Source: an uncultured virus (IMG/VR IMGVR_UViG_3300016471_000493)
Lineage: Duplodnaviria > Heunggongvirae > Uroviricota > Caudoviricetes
Length of the DNA: 64,000 nucleotides
Virus record (IMG/VR): IMGVR_UViG_3300016471_000493
Direction: 5' to 3' (one strand)
The notes under the pieces were generated by a model. The model ran no database searches, had not been told where the DNA came from, and worked only from the letters and a program-made list of their open reading frames with translations. Position numbers and translations under genes: made by a program. Below are positions 10,146 to 21,220 of the stretch, piece by piece. Numbering within the stretch: position 1 is the first letter of the stretch; every line of letters begins with the position of its first letter.

Positions 10146-12317
10146 ATGGGCGGGCCTTACGATCAACAATGGCAAGAACTCAATGGTGACGTTGAGGCTA
10201 TAACCGAATTTAACAATGTACAGAAAAAACAACAAGAGATTACTAAAAAAAAAGAATTAAATTTGGAAATAAGTGGAAAAAAACTTGTACAACAAGTGAA
10301 AAAATTCCAAGAAGAAAAAAAAGAATTTCAAAGAAAGGTTAAAAATAAATTAGAACACCTTATAGATCTTTTAAAAAAACTTCCACAAAAAACAGTTAAT
10401 AAAAACTTAAAAGGAACTATAAATCAAGGTTTAGGAACTTATGAAAATCTTCCTGTTCCAGATTTAGTAAGTAAATCAAACGATATAATAGGGTCTGGAA
10501 ACACATTAATAAATTCAAGCATAACAAAAATAAACTCGATAGTTAATCAAAGACTTGGATCGGTTAGAAATGTAGATAGTAAATTACAATATATTATTAT
10601 AATTTTTGTAAAAGCTTTTAATAAAATAAGATCTGAATTACCAGAATTATTAATAGAAGAGACTATTAATCAACTTGGTTGTTCTGAAGAACAAATTTAC
10701 CCAGGAACAGATCTTTCACTTGTTTTAGGAACATCAACAAGTGGTACTAGGAGTCCTTCAATTTATATTCCAATACAGTCATTAGATTTTTTTAATATTT
10801 TAAAAACAAATCCAAATAGTCAAGTTGGAAAAATATTTTACGAAACTGGTACAACTTTCAATACTCAAATAAACGGTACAATTCCATTTAACAAAGAATT
10901 ATATTCCTTGATTCAAGATGGTGGGGTTTCATACTCAACAAAAAAAGGAAATGTATATCGTGGAGTATCCAATCAAGGATTATTTGACATAGAATTTGTA
11001 ACTCAAGATAATCAAGGAAATCCAGGTGAGTTTTTCAAAATTGATGTTGTAAATAGATTAGATAATAAAAATATAGTATCACAATTTTTAATTGATTACT
11101 ATGGAACTTTAGAAATTGTAAATTTACAAAATTTATTTGGACAAATATTTGATTTAATTTGTGGTGCCGTAAGTATACAAACCAATCTTTCATCCAAACA
11201 AATAGAAGAAAAAACAAAATTTCAGCTAATAATAGAAAGAGTTTTAGGACTTTGTTTTGATAATAGAGAAGAAATTGATGTCTCAGGAATATCTAAAGTT
11301 TCGTCAACACAAAATGTTGATGTGTCATTTTATGAATTTTCAGAAATAGATTTACGTAATATAGACAATATTATAAATAATATTCAAAATGGTGTTGTTG
11401 AATTTGAAGATTGTAATAATGTAAAATTACCAGTAAACAATGAACAAATTATATCACAAATTTCTAATGTGTTAAGTGCTACCACATCCGATGAAATATT
11501 ACAAGTTTTTCAAGAAGTTCAAAGTACTTTTGTAAACAATATAAAATCAAATTTACAACCAAACATATTAATTCCGTCATTACAATTAAAGTTAGCGGTT
11601 GATACAGAATTACTTAAAGCAATACCACAAGCAATGTTTTCATCAATTCTGACTCCAAAAATTTTACTTGGTTTTTATATTATGTTTGCGGTTAGTTTTA
11701 AAGGATATTTAGAAGTTTTATCAAACGTTAAAAATAGTTTAGACTTTTCTATCACTTTTAAAAAATTATTTATTAACTTTTCAACAAGGGTGATGGCGAA
11801 GTTTATAAAATTACTTGTAATAGAAATAAAAAAAGAAATTATTTTGTTACTTAGAGTGATAATTCTAGAATTGAAGAAAAAAAGACAAACAAAAAAAATA
11901 GCAATAATTTTACAATTATTAACAATAAGTGGTTTAATCATAAAACTTATCGGAGATTATAGAAGATGTCAAGGAATTTTAGATGAAATTAAACAAATTA
12001 TAGATGTTGCACTTACTGGAGTCAGATTAGAAATACCATCAAAACTTTTACCGTTAGCAAGATTTAGGACTGGTTTTTCAGAAATAAGAGCTAATTTAAA
12101 CATTATAAAAGAATTTCAAAAATTTGGTATTCCAACGGGACCTATGCCTGATGGTGAACCAAATCTTACGTTACAATCATTTTTCAGTGCTAGTGAAGGA
12201 ATAGAAAAAGAAAGATATTTAAATTCATACACAAAAATATTCAATATTCCACCACCTTCGGTTGGACTTATTGTAAATGGAACTCCACCTTTTACATCAC
12301 ATGGTTTAACTTTATAA
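10146..12317 (+). CDS. hypothetical large protein, probably virion/baseplate associated
   Basis: 723-aa ORF upstream of the gp5-like gene. Confidence 0.55.
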   Translation: MGGPYDQQWQELNGDVEAITEFNNVQKKQQEITKKKELNLEISGKKLVQQVKKFQEEKKEFQRKVKNKLEHLIDLLKKLPQKTVNKNLKGTINQGLGTYENLPVPDLVSKSNDIIGSGNTLINSSITKINSIVNQRLGSVRNVDSKLQYIIIIFVKAFNKIRSELPELLIEETINQLGCSEEQIYPGTDLSLVLGTSTSGTRSPSIYIPIQSLDFFNILKTNPNSQVGKIFYETGTTFNTQINGTIPFNKELYSLIQDGGVSYSTKKGNVYRGVSNQGLFDIEFVTQDNQGNPGEFFKIDVVNRLDNKNIVSQFLIDYYGTLEIVNLQNLFGQIFDLICGAVSIQTNLSSKQIEEKTKFQLIIERVLGLCFDNREEIDVSGISKVSSTQNVDVSFYEFSEIDLRNIDNIINNIQNGVVEFEDCNNVKLPVNNEQIISQISNVLSATTSDEILQVFQEVQSTFVNNIKSNLQPNILIPSLQLKLAVDTELLKAIPQAMFSSILTPKILLGFYIMFAVSFKGYLEVLSNVKNSLDFSITFKKLFINFSTRVMAKFIKLLVIEIKKEIILLLRVIILELKKKRQTKKIAIILQLLTISGLIIKLIGDYRRCQGILDEIKQIIDVALTGVRLEIPSKLLPLARFRTGFSEIRANLNIIKEFQKFGIPTGPMPDGEPNLTLQSFFSASEGIEKERYLNSYTKIFNIPPPSVGLIVNGTPPFTSHGLTL

Positions 12318-12318
12318 C

Positions 12319-12540
12319 ATGATAAAATCATCAAAGATAGACGTAGAAAAATTGAATAGTATTATCACAGAAATAAAATCTAGTGGTAATCAAGAATTAT
12401 TTCAAGCTTTAGAGTTTCTTTCTGAAGATTTTGAAGATACAAAACAAATGATCGTATATCTTTCAACACATTTAGATAATGTAGAAAATCTTTATAATAA
12501 AGTTTTAAATGAGTATAATTTAAGAAATAATTATGAGTAA
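12319..12540 (+). CDS. hypothetical protein
   Basis: 73-aa coupled ORF. Confidence 0.6.
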   Translation: MIKSSKIDVEKLNSIITEIKSSGNQELFQALEFLSEDFEDTKQMIVYLSTHLDNVENLYNKVLNEYNLRNNYE

Positions 12541-14029
12541 GATATTTTACCCAGCAACTGTAGTTAATAATGAAGATCCTATGATGTTAGGTAGAATAAG
12601 AGCATACCCATATGACCAAAATGTTGAGTCAATTTTAAAAGGGTATAATTTTCAAGAAGGTAAAGATGAATTTACTGAAAAAGATCCTTTTGTTATTTTA
12701 CCATTATTACCTATGTTTCTATCACAAGTACCGTTGGTTAATGAAAGAATTACCGTTATTTTACAAAATAGTGAAAAAAGATATCAAGACGCATATTATA
12801 TTCAAGGAGCATTTTCTAGTCCTATGACTTTACCGTTTGAAAATGCTCAAGCGGCAAATAAAAATACATCACTTGGGTATCGTATACGTAATAGTTTAGC
12901 TTTAAAAAATCAAAACGGACAATTAAAAAAACCAACGACCACATTTGGTATTTTCCCAGAATTAGATGATGTTTCAATATTAGGCCGCGGAACTTCGGAT
13001 ATTATTGTAAAAGAAAAAAGTGTTTTGATTAGAGCTGGTAAAACATTCGAATTAAAAGTTAACAAATTTCCTGTAGCAAATGAAAAAATGGCATACATTC
13101 AAGTGTCAAGTTTTAATACTAAAATAGCTAAAGGAAAACCACAAGATTTATTAACTCTTAATACTCTTAATAAACACGTAAAATATTTAATTGAATGGAA
13201 CGTCTATAATTTAGAAAATAAAGAAAACTCATTTACTGGTGATATTATTTTGTATAAATTAAAAGAGAATACCGCCACTTATTCAGATAAAATAAGTTAT
13301 GATAGTGATTTAAATGATTTAAGATTTTTAGTATTTAATCAACCATTTCAAGGACAAACATCTGAAAATGCGATTTTAATTATAAATTCATTTATAAATA
13401 AAATTAATCAAGGTACGTTTCCAAATGGAAGTAGTTTAGGTAATGAAAGATTTCCATTTGTTTATAGACCAAATCAAACTGTTCGTGAGTTACTTCAACC
13501 TGGAAATATTGACGCGGGCGATCCGATAATATTTTCAAATGCCGCAAAATTTATCGGAGGAATTACATTAAATGCCGGGACAGGACCAAATAGTTATAAC
13601 TTTGGGTTAGTTAGTTCTAAAGACACCATTGGTAAGCCAAGTGAAATACAACTTGAAACTATTACACCAAAACAAGTTGAAAGTTCTTTTGGTACTTTTA
13701 TGTTAAGTGCTGCAGATACTTTAGTTATGATGTCACATAAAACAGGTAATATTACATTTGACCCAAAATTATCACGTAATTCAAACACAATGATGGGGAT
13801 TACTCAACAACAACTTGAAGATAATTTAATTCCAAACACATATGCTATGATAAGAGGTGACTTATTATTTGATTATCTAGAAAAAATTTCAAGTTTTTTA
13901 CAAAATCATGTACATCCTCATGCAAATTTACCGCCGTCAAGTCTTACTTGGAATGGGGATAAAAAATCAGATTTATTCTCTTATTTTTGGAGATATAAAG
14001 TATTGAACGAAAATATCAGAATAAATTGA
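12533..14029 (+). CDS. baseplate hub/spike protein (gp5/VgrG-type OB-fold N-terminus)
   Basis: ATVVNNEDPMMLGRIRA...VPLVNERI; C-terminal HVHPH metal-binding spike motif. Confidence 0.72.
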   Translation: MSKIFYPATVVNNEDPMMLGRIRAYPYDQNVESILKGYNFQEGKDEFTEKDPFVILPLLPMFLSQVPLVNERITVILQNSEKRYQDAYYIQGAFSSPMTLPFENAQAANKNTSLGYRIRNSLALKNQNGQLKKPTTTFGIFPELDDVSILGRGTSDIIVKEKSVLIRAGKTFELKVNKFPVANEKMAYIQVSSFNTKIAKGKPQDLLTLNTLNKHVKYLIEWNVYNLENKENSFTGDIILYKLKENTATYSDKISYDSDLNDLRFLVFNQPFQGQTSENAILIINSFINKINQGTFPNGSSLGNERFPFVYRPNQTVRELLQPGNIDAGDPIIFSNAAKFIGGITLNAGTGPNSYNFGLVSSKDTIGKPSEIQLETITPKQVESSFGTFMLSAADTLVMMSHKTGNITFDPKLSRNSNTMMGITQQQLEDNLIPNTYAMIRGDLLFDYLEKISSFLQNHVHPHANLPPSSLTWNGDKKSDLFSYFWRYKVLNENIRIN

Positions 14030-14050
14030 TATTTATAGTAAAATACATGA

Positions 14051-15529
14051 ATGTCAATTTTCCGTTCTTATTTTTCAAAAAATAATACCATACAAAAAAA
14101 TAGTTTGGTAAACACAGGCCGTAACCCTGTAGTACAATTATTTTTCGGTTCGAATTTACAAATATTAACACCAAATGGTTTTACAAGGTTTATCTTTGAT
14201 TTAGATCTTGATCCATTATTGGAAAACATAGTTTCAGGTGTTATATCCACAGGTTGTACATCCGCTATGACCCACACCTTGAAGATGACCAACACTTCAA
14301 GTTTTGATATTGATCTTCTTAATACAGAAACTTCCGATCAATCAATAAGAGCAACCTCATTTGACTTAATTCTTTTCAGAATACCTAAATCTTCAGGGTC
14401 AACAGGAAACTCACAAACTTGGGATGAAGGAGTTGGATATGATTATGTAGAATCACAAACGTTAAGTTGGGGGCATAATAAAAACTTTTCAAATAGAGCG
14501 TCAAATTGGTATCAAACAACCACAATCACAAATTGGTCTTTTCCAGGTGTTTATAGTAATGACAATACTAGCACAGGTAATACAGGATTAAATTATTCTG
14601 CTTTGACTATTGTTGATACGCAACACTTTGAATTTGGAAACGAAGATATCAATTTTGATATGACCCATGAAATAAATTCGATTATAACGGGTTCTACGAC
14701 AGGGTCTACAGGTTGGGGAATTGCGTATGTCCCTCAAATAGAAAACATCACAGGACTCACCATAACGTATTCTGTTGGGTTTTTTACAAGACATACACAA
14801 ACATTCTATCAACCATTCTTAGAAACCACATTTAATGATTTGATTGAAGACAATCGAGTCACTTTTGTACAAGGTAGAACAAACAAATTGTACTTGTATA
14901 TTTTTGTGAATGGTGATTATTTAAATTTAGATCAAAATCCAACTGTAGACATTTTAGATCCTGATGATGAACCAATAGTAGGTTATACGGGTTTGACTAC
15001 TTGTTTGGTCACCAAAGGTGTTTATGAGGTTGTAATTCCACCTTTATCAGGTTACAACACTCCTTGTCAATTTACAGATAAATGGACAAATATTATTGCA
15101 CAAGGTAATAATCTTGAGGATGTTGAAAATCAATTCGTTTTGCAGCCCTCTTCGGCATTTTACCAGATTGGCAGTGTGTCTAAAGACCCACTGTTGTATG
15201 GTTTTGATTTTAGTGGTATCAAACAAAATGAAAAAATTGTAAATACCGACATACGAAAAGTGATAGTGGTAATAAAACAAGCATATTCAAGTGCATATGT
15301 TTTACAAAACATAGAAGCTCAGTACCGAGTATATGTAAGAGAAGGACAAATAGAAGTAGAAGTTCAAGGGTGGACACCTATAAACCGAACACCTAACGAG
15401 TATTATTTTATTTTCGACACAAGAGATAAAATACCCAATGAATATTACGTTGACATCAAAGTGAATACTTCTGGACAAAAAGATACTTATAAAAGACAAT
15501 TAACTTTTCAAATCGTAAACCAAAAATGA
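14051..15529 (+). CDS. putative virion structural protein
   Basis: T/S/G-rich beta composition; WDEGVGYDY; ATATTTATA box at 14029-14037. Confidence 0.55.
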   Translation: MSIFRSYFSKNNTIQKNSLVNTGRNPVVQLFFGSNLQILTPNGFTRFIFDLDLDPLLENIVSGVISTGCTSAMTHTLKMTNTSSFDIDLLNTETSDQSIRATSFDLILFRIPKSSGSTGNSQTWDEGVGYDYVESQTLSWGHNKNFSNRASNWYQTTTITNWSFPGVYSNDNTSTGNTGLNYSALTIVDTQHFEFGNEDINFDMTHEINSIITGSTTGSTGWGIAYVPQIENITGLTITYSVGFFTRHTQTFYQPFLETTFNDLIEDNRVTFVQGRTNKLYLYIFVNGDYLNLDQNPTVDILDPDDEPIVGYTGLTTCLVTKGVYEVVIPPLSGYNTPCQFTDKWTNIIAQGNNLEDVENQFVLQPSSAFYQIGSVSKDPLLYGFDFSGIKQNEKIVNTDIRKVIVVIKQAYSSAYVLQNIEAQYRVYVREGQIEVEVQGWTPINRTPNEYYFIFDTRDKIPNEYYVDIKVNTSGQKDTYKRQLTFQIVNQK

Positions 15530-16158
15530 AAAAAATTATTTTAAACCAAAGTCAGTATAAATTATTAGAAAAATTAGTATTAGAACAAGAAGACAGATAT
15601 ATGTTTTTTTCTAATTTAGAGCAAATTAGAGATCAAGCAAATGAATTGTTAAAATATGATAGAAATAAGGTAGAACAACTATTGGATGATGGTCACGACT
15701 GGGCTCAGGATCATGTTGCGTCATCAACAGAATCGATTGACCAAGTCTATGATTTTATGAAGAATAATTTCAACAATGAAACTAATATGATACAGGAACA
15801 ACCAATGTTGACTAACAATATGAAAAGTTCAATAGAGTGTCTTAAAAGTATAAAGAAAGACGTAAGTTGGCAAGAAGTATTACAATGGTTCAATGAAAAT
15901 AATATTGATTATTTTGGTATGAATGATTTGGAAATGTACATAAAATATTTAGAGGAGAGATCAGATAGTAAACAACTACAGGTTCAAGAAGGTCGAAAAA
16001 AAACAGGAACAAAATTATGTGCGAGAGGTAAATCGGCAGCGAAAGCGAAATTCGATGTATACCCAAGCGCCTACGCTAACGGTTATGCTATACAAGTTTG
16101 TAAAGGAAAGATTAAAGGTTTGGATGGAAAAAAAAGATGTTCATCACCATATTGTTGA
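15526..16158 (+). CDS. putative internal head protein with basic Cys-containing C-terminal domain (DUF5872-like)
   Basis: MKKIILNQSQY..LVLEQ leader; AKAKFDVYPSAYANGY motif. Confidence 0.55.
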   Translation: MKKIILNQSQYKLLEKLVLEQEDRYMFFSNLEQIRDQANELLKYDRNKVEQLLDDGHDWAQDHVASSTESIDQVYDFMKNNFNNETNMIQEQPMLTNNMKSSIECLKSIKKDVSWQEVLQWFNENNIDYFGMNDLEMYIKYLEERSDSKQLQVQEGRKKTGTKLCARGKSAAKAKFDVYPSAYANGYAIQVCKGKIKGLDGKKRCSSPYC

Positions 16159-16190
16159 TTTGGTTTATTCAATCAAATCTATTATATTTG
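16159..16190 (+). promoter_or_regulatory. Bacteroidota-type housekeeping promoter
   Basis: TTTG (16159-62), N20, TATATTTG (16183-90). Confidence 0.7.
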
Positions 16191-16207
16191 TAGGACTAAA
16201 CCAAGCC

Positions 16208-16612
16208 ATGAAAAAATTATACTTGAAAATTAGAAGGTATTTCAAAAAAATTTATATTAAAGGTTTAAGATATTCTAGACCTAAAATAGAATCTAGGTAT
16301 GAAGTAATCGTCCTCAAAATTTGTATGAATTTGATTGACGATGAATCAAGTGAACTTTTAATGACACCAATCACAAATAAACGGTACATTAAAAACGAAT
16401 CCAAAAATCTATTTGTGACTATTGATTCGGTTAATGTTAATATTGTAAATGATCATTGTGCATATTCAGTATTTTTAAACGAATCTTTACACACAAAACT
16501 CGTAGATAAATTCAATGAAAAAATTGAATTAAAGAGGTCTATGATGGAAAAAAAAATAACCCAAAATATCAAATACTCACTCAGAGGTATTCTTCATTTT
16601 CTAGAATCGTAG
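16208..16612 (+). CDS. hypothetical protein (start reassigned to ATG 16208)
   Basis: ATG follows the promoter above; the longer ORF call overlaps the upstream gene. Confidence 0.6.
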   Translation: MKKLYLKIRRYFKKIYIKGLRYSRPKIESRYEVIVLKICMNLIDDESSELLMTPITNKRYIKNESKNLFVTIDSVNVNIVNDHCAYSVFLNESLHTKLVDKFNEKIELKRSMMEKKITQNIKYSLRGILHFLES

Positions 16613-17159
16613 GACATATCTCTTTAGCTATTTTTTTGGCATCTTTTTCATCAATTAATCCTATTCTAAACATTAGACAGTAATATTTTGAATTTTGATC
16701 CAAGTGGTCTTTGGCTATTTTTTTAGCTTTGGTATGATTTTTAGTATGTTCTAATTCTACTAAAGTACCTAATTCAAGCATTTGTTTTCTATTTATTGTT
16801 TCCTGCAGAATATTTTTAATCATGGCTCTCATAGCCTCATTTTTTTTAGTTTTTTTTGGTTTATATGATGTGTATACAGGGCTTTGACCTTTACCTGATT
16901 GTGTATCTTTTTTTTCTGCAGTTCTTTTTTGTTGACATGCCGCTTTCTTTTGAGCGTCAGTCATTCTTGATGCAACTCCTTTAGCTCTACATTTAGGATA
17001 TGCACCTTTGTCGGTATCTCCTCTTCCACATGGTGGATGTCCACCACCATCTTTTTTTCTACAAATGTTAACCCAAGGCCCTTGTGGTTGTTTAGTTCCC
17101 TTTTTTTTCTTTTTAGTTCCAAACCAAACAGCTAAATCCTCCCAAAGTTGATTATTCAT
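16581..17159 (-). CDS. basic Cys-rich protein with C-terminal DUF5661-like domain, putative head protein
   Basis: PCGR..GAYPKCR; GTLVELEHT...AKKIAKDHL...YY. Confidence 0.6.
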   Translation of the reverse strand: MNNQLWEDLAVWFGTKKKKKGTKQPQGPWVNICRKKDGGGHPPCGRGDTDKGAYPKCRAKGVASRMTDAQKKAACQQKRTAEKKDTQSGKGQSPVYTSYKPKKTKKNEAMRAMIKNILQETINRKQMLELGTLVELEHTKNHTKAKKIAKDHLDQNSKYYCLMFRIGLIDEKDAKKIAKEICPTILENEEYL

Positions 17160-17193
17160 TTTTTTTGTGTATCTTACGATAAATACCTTTTGT

Positions 17194-17433
17194 ATGGAAA
17201 ATGAACAACAAAATTCAAAAATTTTAGGAACTTTATTTGGTTCTATAAATTATGACTCGGAAGAGAATCTATCAAAATTTATTGATGAAATTAATTCTGC
17301 TCAAGCGGCTTATTGTATTCAACAAGCTCTGAATTATGCTCACATAAATGGAGTATTTTCACTAAAAGAAAGTGAAGTTATATCTAAATCTTTAAGAATT
17401 CTCATTCTTTCATCTCCAAAATCTGAAACCTAA
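17194..17433 (+). CDS. hypothetical protein
   Basis: ORF from ATG 17194 to the terminator. Confidence 0.6.
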   Translation: MENEQQNSKILGTLFGSINYDSEENLSKFIDEINSAQAAYCIQQALNYAHINGVFSLKESEVISKSLRILILSSPKSET

Positions 17434-17436
17434 AAA

Positions 17437-17464
17437 AAAAGGGGACAATTTCTTGTCCCCTTTT
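17437..17464. terminator. bidirectional intrinsic terminator downstream of the major capsid gene
   Basis: AAAAGGGGACAA-TTTC-TTGTCCCCTTTT between convergent genes. Confidence 0.9.
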
Positions 17465-17482
17465 CAATTACCATTGAGAAGA

Positions 17483-19345
17483 TTAGCGTAATTCTCTCAA
17501 ATCGAAAGTACGGATACCGTCACAAGTCACACGACCATAGAAACGGTTGTTAACCATTTTCTTAGCGTATCTTGTCATTATACCTTTGATAGGTGTAAAG
17601 TTGAACGGATTGTACATAGTAGGTGTCAATTGTAGAGGTACATACGGAGCGTAAATGTAACCTGTGTCTAACAATGAAGTACCTTTGTGACCGATGATAA
17701 GTTGGTTTGGTGGGAAATATGGATCTCTGTAAACCTGATATCTACCGGATAGTGTACCAATTCTCTCAATACCCATGTTGTATTGATCTTGCTCAGGAGC
17801 TGCGTTTGATACGTGGAAATATTCCAAATCATCAAAGATCGCTGAAATCTCAGAAGAACAAACGATCCAGTTAGCACCACCTCTCAATGTCGACTTATGG
17901 ATTTGTGCCGACAATTGGTTGATAGCGGTAATAAGTGTTTGGTTCCAATCTTTCTGAGTATAAGGAGTAGTTCCTGTGGAAGCTAATCTCTTCCAACCGT
18001 TGTAATCCCATCTCAAGTTCCAAGCAGCACCTTTTCTCAAATCTCTCAAAATCTCTCTATCGATTTCTGCGGCAACTTGTTCAGAAAGAAGAGCTGTAAG
18101 CTCAGCCTCTGCGTCAATGTTGTGGAACGCTGAAACGTCTTGAGCAAGTTCAGGAGACCATTGTGCTCTCAATTTACGTTCTGTTACAGATACTGTAACT
18201 GATTCTAAATCAAAAGAAACCTCACCGATTTGATCTTCAAATTCAAGTTCTTTATAAAGTCTGTAAATCGCGGTAAAGGCTTGGTTATTCGCAGTTGTCG
18301 ATGAGAATGTTGAACCAGTGTAACCATCAGGCGTTGTTTGTCCACAAGAAATACATACAGGAACTTGTAAATCAACTTCCAAATAAATAACCCCATTAGC
18401 GTCACAAATGTTATTATAAGCCCCACCTGAGTTATTACCAGTTGGCCATGTGGTACTAGTTTGTGTGCCATATTGAACAACACCTTTACCATACTTTTGA
18501 GTTACAACTCTAAAAAGGTATGGATTTCCAAGACCAATTGTATTACCAGATGTTGTTGCGTTTGATGAACCACCAAAAATGTTTAATCCAGATAAAAATT
18601 CTTCAGTATCCATGGTATTACCGTTGGGGCCAATTAATTGACCAGCACCAGCGTTTGAAAAACCACTCATCGCTAAAATTACTTTACGATAATCGGATGT
18701 TGTATAACCTGAAGGTACTAGAGATCCACTAGCATTCCAAACAACCGTTACTGTTGTAGCAGTTGTTGCTGTCCATTTACCTTTGGAGTAGTCAAAAAGA
18801 CCTGGAGGGGATAATGTCGCCTCATCACCTTCATAAAAGGAATCGTAAAGACTTTTTGAGTAAAAAGGGTTATAAGTACCACTACCATCTGCCGAACTAT
18901 AACCTCCATTTTGATTTCCTGGATAGTTACCTGGTGAGCCAACAGGAGCATAATGGTCACCACTTTGACCTAACCAACCTAAATCATTAGGTGATGTTCC
19001 ACCAGAATAACCTTGAATTTTTGGAACAAAATAGAACAATTTACCGATAGGTAAGTTCATTGCTTGTACCGATACGATATCGTTAGCTAAAAGTTTTGAG
19101 AAAACCCTTCTTACGATAGGAAATACAACGGTTTCAAAAGAACCACTGTCAGAAGTCGATGATGCTTCGTTTATCAAGAATGACGCTTGGTTCTCATATA
19201 ACTGAGCAACGTTTTCTTTCATATGACCTTTTAGTCCTTCTAAGAACCCAAGTTTGTCCCACTTGTTTATTGTATCTTCTTTGATAACTTTGAGATGTTT
19301 TAACCCAATATTACCAACAAGACCGCTTTCTAATAATGCACCCAT
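17483..19345 (-). CDS. major capsid protein (T4 gp23-like)
   Basis: VSVQAMNLPIGKLFY, RKLRAQWSPELAQD..AFHNIDAEAEL, EIDREI, YAPYVPL, KGIMTRYA. Confidence 0.97.
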   Translation of the reverse strand: MGALLESGLVGNIGLKHLKVIKEDTINKWDKLGFLEGLKGHMKENVAQLYENQASFLINEASSTSDSGSFETVVFPIVRRVFSKLLANDIVSVQAMNLPIGKLFYFVPKIQGYSGGTSPNDLGWLGQSGDHYAPVGSPGNYPGNQNGGYSSADGSGTYNPFYSKSLYDSFYEGDEATLSPPGLFDYSKGKWTATTATTVTVVWNASGSLVPSGYTTSDYRKVILAMSGFSNAGAGQLIGPNGNTMDTEEFLSGLNIFGGSSNATTSGNTIGLGNPYLFRVVTQKYGKGVVQYGTQTSTTWPTGNNSGGAYNNICDANGVIYLEVDLQVPVCISCGQTTPDGYTGSTFSSTTANNQAFTAIYRLYKELEFEDQIGEVSFDLESVTVSVTERKLRAQWSPELAQDVSAFHNIDAEAELTALLSEQVAAEIDREILRDLRKGAAWNLRWDYNGWKRLASTGTTPYTQKDWNQTLITAINQLSAQIHKSTLRGGANWIVCSSEISAIFDDLEYFHVSNAAPEQDQYNMGIERIGTLSGRYQVYRDPYFPPNQLIIGHKGTSLLDTGYIYAPYVPLQLTPTMYNPFNFTPIKGIMTRYAKKMVNNRFYGRVTCDGIRTFDLRELR

Positions 19346-19362
19346 TTTTTTATTTATTTTAT

Positions 19363-20860
19363 TTACTTGTTTATTTTTTGCATGATATCCTTCATTCTCA
19401 AGAACTGAGGATTTTCATAAGTTTTTGATTCGATTAAATTTTGTGAAGAACCTGAAGAGTGAGTTTTTTCTATTTTTTCCATAGACTCGGTCACAAAATT
19501 TGTTGAAGAATTTGTTAATTCTTTTTTAATTGAATTATAAAGATTTTTAGATTCTTTGATTGTTTCAACATCATCAAACCTTCTAAGAATGTTAATTTTT
19601 TCTTGTTTCGAAGTAGGATGTTCTGTGAACAATCTAGTGGCATAAGCCAAATTAGAATTGAAAACAGCGACTTCATTAAGTTTTTCTCTAAAAACATTTA
19701 AAGCTTTTTGATACTCAACATTCTTTTGTCTTAGAGATTGAACTTCTTCACTCACGGCCGAATTCGGAATTACTTTAGCTTTTGGTAAACCTTTTCTCAG
19801 ACCGTAATTTCTAGTTCCGTTACTTAGTGTTCTAGCGGCTTCTTTAGTTTCACCTTTTGAGAAAGCTCCGGCAATTCTTTTTTCCACAGCAGAAATGTCA
19901 TGTTTCTTACCTCCCTTATATTCAAATTTCTTGGGAGAAAGATTCATTCCAATACCTTTAGGTTTCATTTTACCAACACTTTCTTCTGTTTCAGTTTTTC
20001 TAGCTTTAGGGGCTGGATTTGGGGCTTCTCTACGGAAAGGACTGCGTTTCGTATCTTTACCAGTTTCAACTTTTTCTTTTTCTTTTGGTTTTGTAGTTGT
20101 AGATTCTTTGGTTTCGGCTTTTGAACCTAATGGCTTACCCGCCTTCCAATTTGAAAACATTATTGGTTTCATACCACTTTTTGATTCAGAGAGATCAGGA
20201 TTATCATCACCATACATGTCATCATCCTCATCCATAGAAATTTCATACACAACCTCATCCATTTCTTCATCCATTTCCTCATCCATTTCCCCATCCATTT
20301 CTTCTGAGAAAATATCATTCATGATTTGGTCCATTTGGGAATCGGACATTTTTTCGGTAATAGATTCGTTTGTTGAGATGATATATTCTACATCTTCTTC
20401 TTCGTCATCAAGGTGAATTTTATCACCTTCTTTTTTCACGATAATTCTATCAGATGGACCCATTTTTTTGAAAACGCTTAATACGTCTTCCATAGATGCA
20501 TCATCAGGGATTTCTACAACATCTTCATCATCCATATCGACATCCAATTCATCGGAATCTATATCCATTTCATCGTCAGAATCANNNNNNNNNNNNNNNN
20601 NNNNNNNNNNNNNNNNNNNNNNNNNNNNNNNNNNNNNNNNNNNNNNNNNNNNNNNNNNTTTCATCGTCAGAATCAACATCTAGTTTATCTTGTTCTTGTA
20701 GTCTTTTTCTAGTTTTATTTTTCAAAGACTCTTTTACTAATTCAGAGATTTCTTCCTTCATTGTTGAAGCAAGTATTCCTTTTGCGTTTTCAGTTACAAC
20801 ATCTTCTAGATTTTTCATCTGAAGAAGAGCTTCTTCTACTAATGACTTTTTGTCTGACAT
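19363..20860 (-). CDS. prohead core/scaffold protein (gp22-like), spanning the assembly gap
   Basis: Sits between protease and capsid; acidic and coiled-coil; the two ORF halves join in frame if the 17-nt overlap flanking the gap is merged. Confidence 0.8.
20585..20658. other. assembly gap (74 N)
   Basis: N run flanked on both sides by TTTCATCGTCAGAATCA. Confidence 0.99.
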
Positions 20861-20933
20861 AGAATTATTAAATTTTTACATATAAATATATCTATGTTAG
20901 AAAAAACATTCATTTTTTAAATTAAATTAAAAA

Positions 20934-21007
20934 AAATCCCACAAATCTTTAGTTTGTGGGATGAATTATGGTAGTTATTGAATTAGCAAACAAAGTTTGT
21001 TAGTTCA
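20934..21007 (+). mobile_element. IS200/IS605-type end hairpin(s), possible miniature element
   Basis: ATCCCACAAA-TCTTTAG-TTTGTGGGAT hairpin, then a second hairpin ending TAGTTCA; related to 45283, 61631 and 62817. Confidence 0.55.
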
Positions 21008-21217
21008 TTCGATTACTTCATCAATTTTACTTTCGATCACTGACGTTATTCGCCAATCATGTTGAAATCCTTGATACTTTTCAGTTACTTTTGCTTCCAC
21101 ATCTGTGACTGAAATAGCTAACACCAATTTCATTTCAGTGATTTTTTTGATTTTGCCTGAATTTTCATCAGGTAGATCGTATTGTATTTTCGATACAAAA
21201 TACTTTGATTCTTCCAT
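21005..21217 (-). CDS. small protein, DUF4494-like
   Basis: YFVSKIQY...GKIKKITE..LV.AISVTDVEAKV resembles the Bacteroidota DUF4494 N-terminus. Confidence 0.6.
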   Translation of the reverse strand: MEESKYFVSKIQYDLPDENSGKIKKITEMKLVLAISVTDVEAKVTEKYQGFQHDWRITSVIESKIDEVIE

Positions 21218-21220
21218 AAA

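Noticed and set aside
16200..16213. ACCAAGCCATGAAA as another sRNA target
   Set aside because: Needs a bulge and a mismatch; too weak without computation
19895..20822. Plus-strand ORFs over the scaffold gene, and similar short antisense ORFs throughout the track
   Set aside because: Shadow frames of well-supported genes on the other strand
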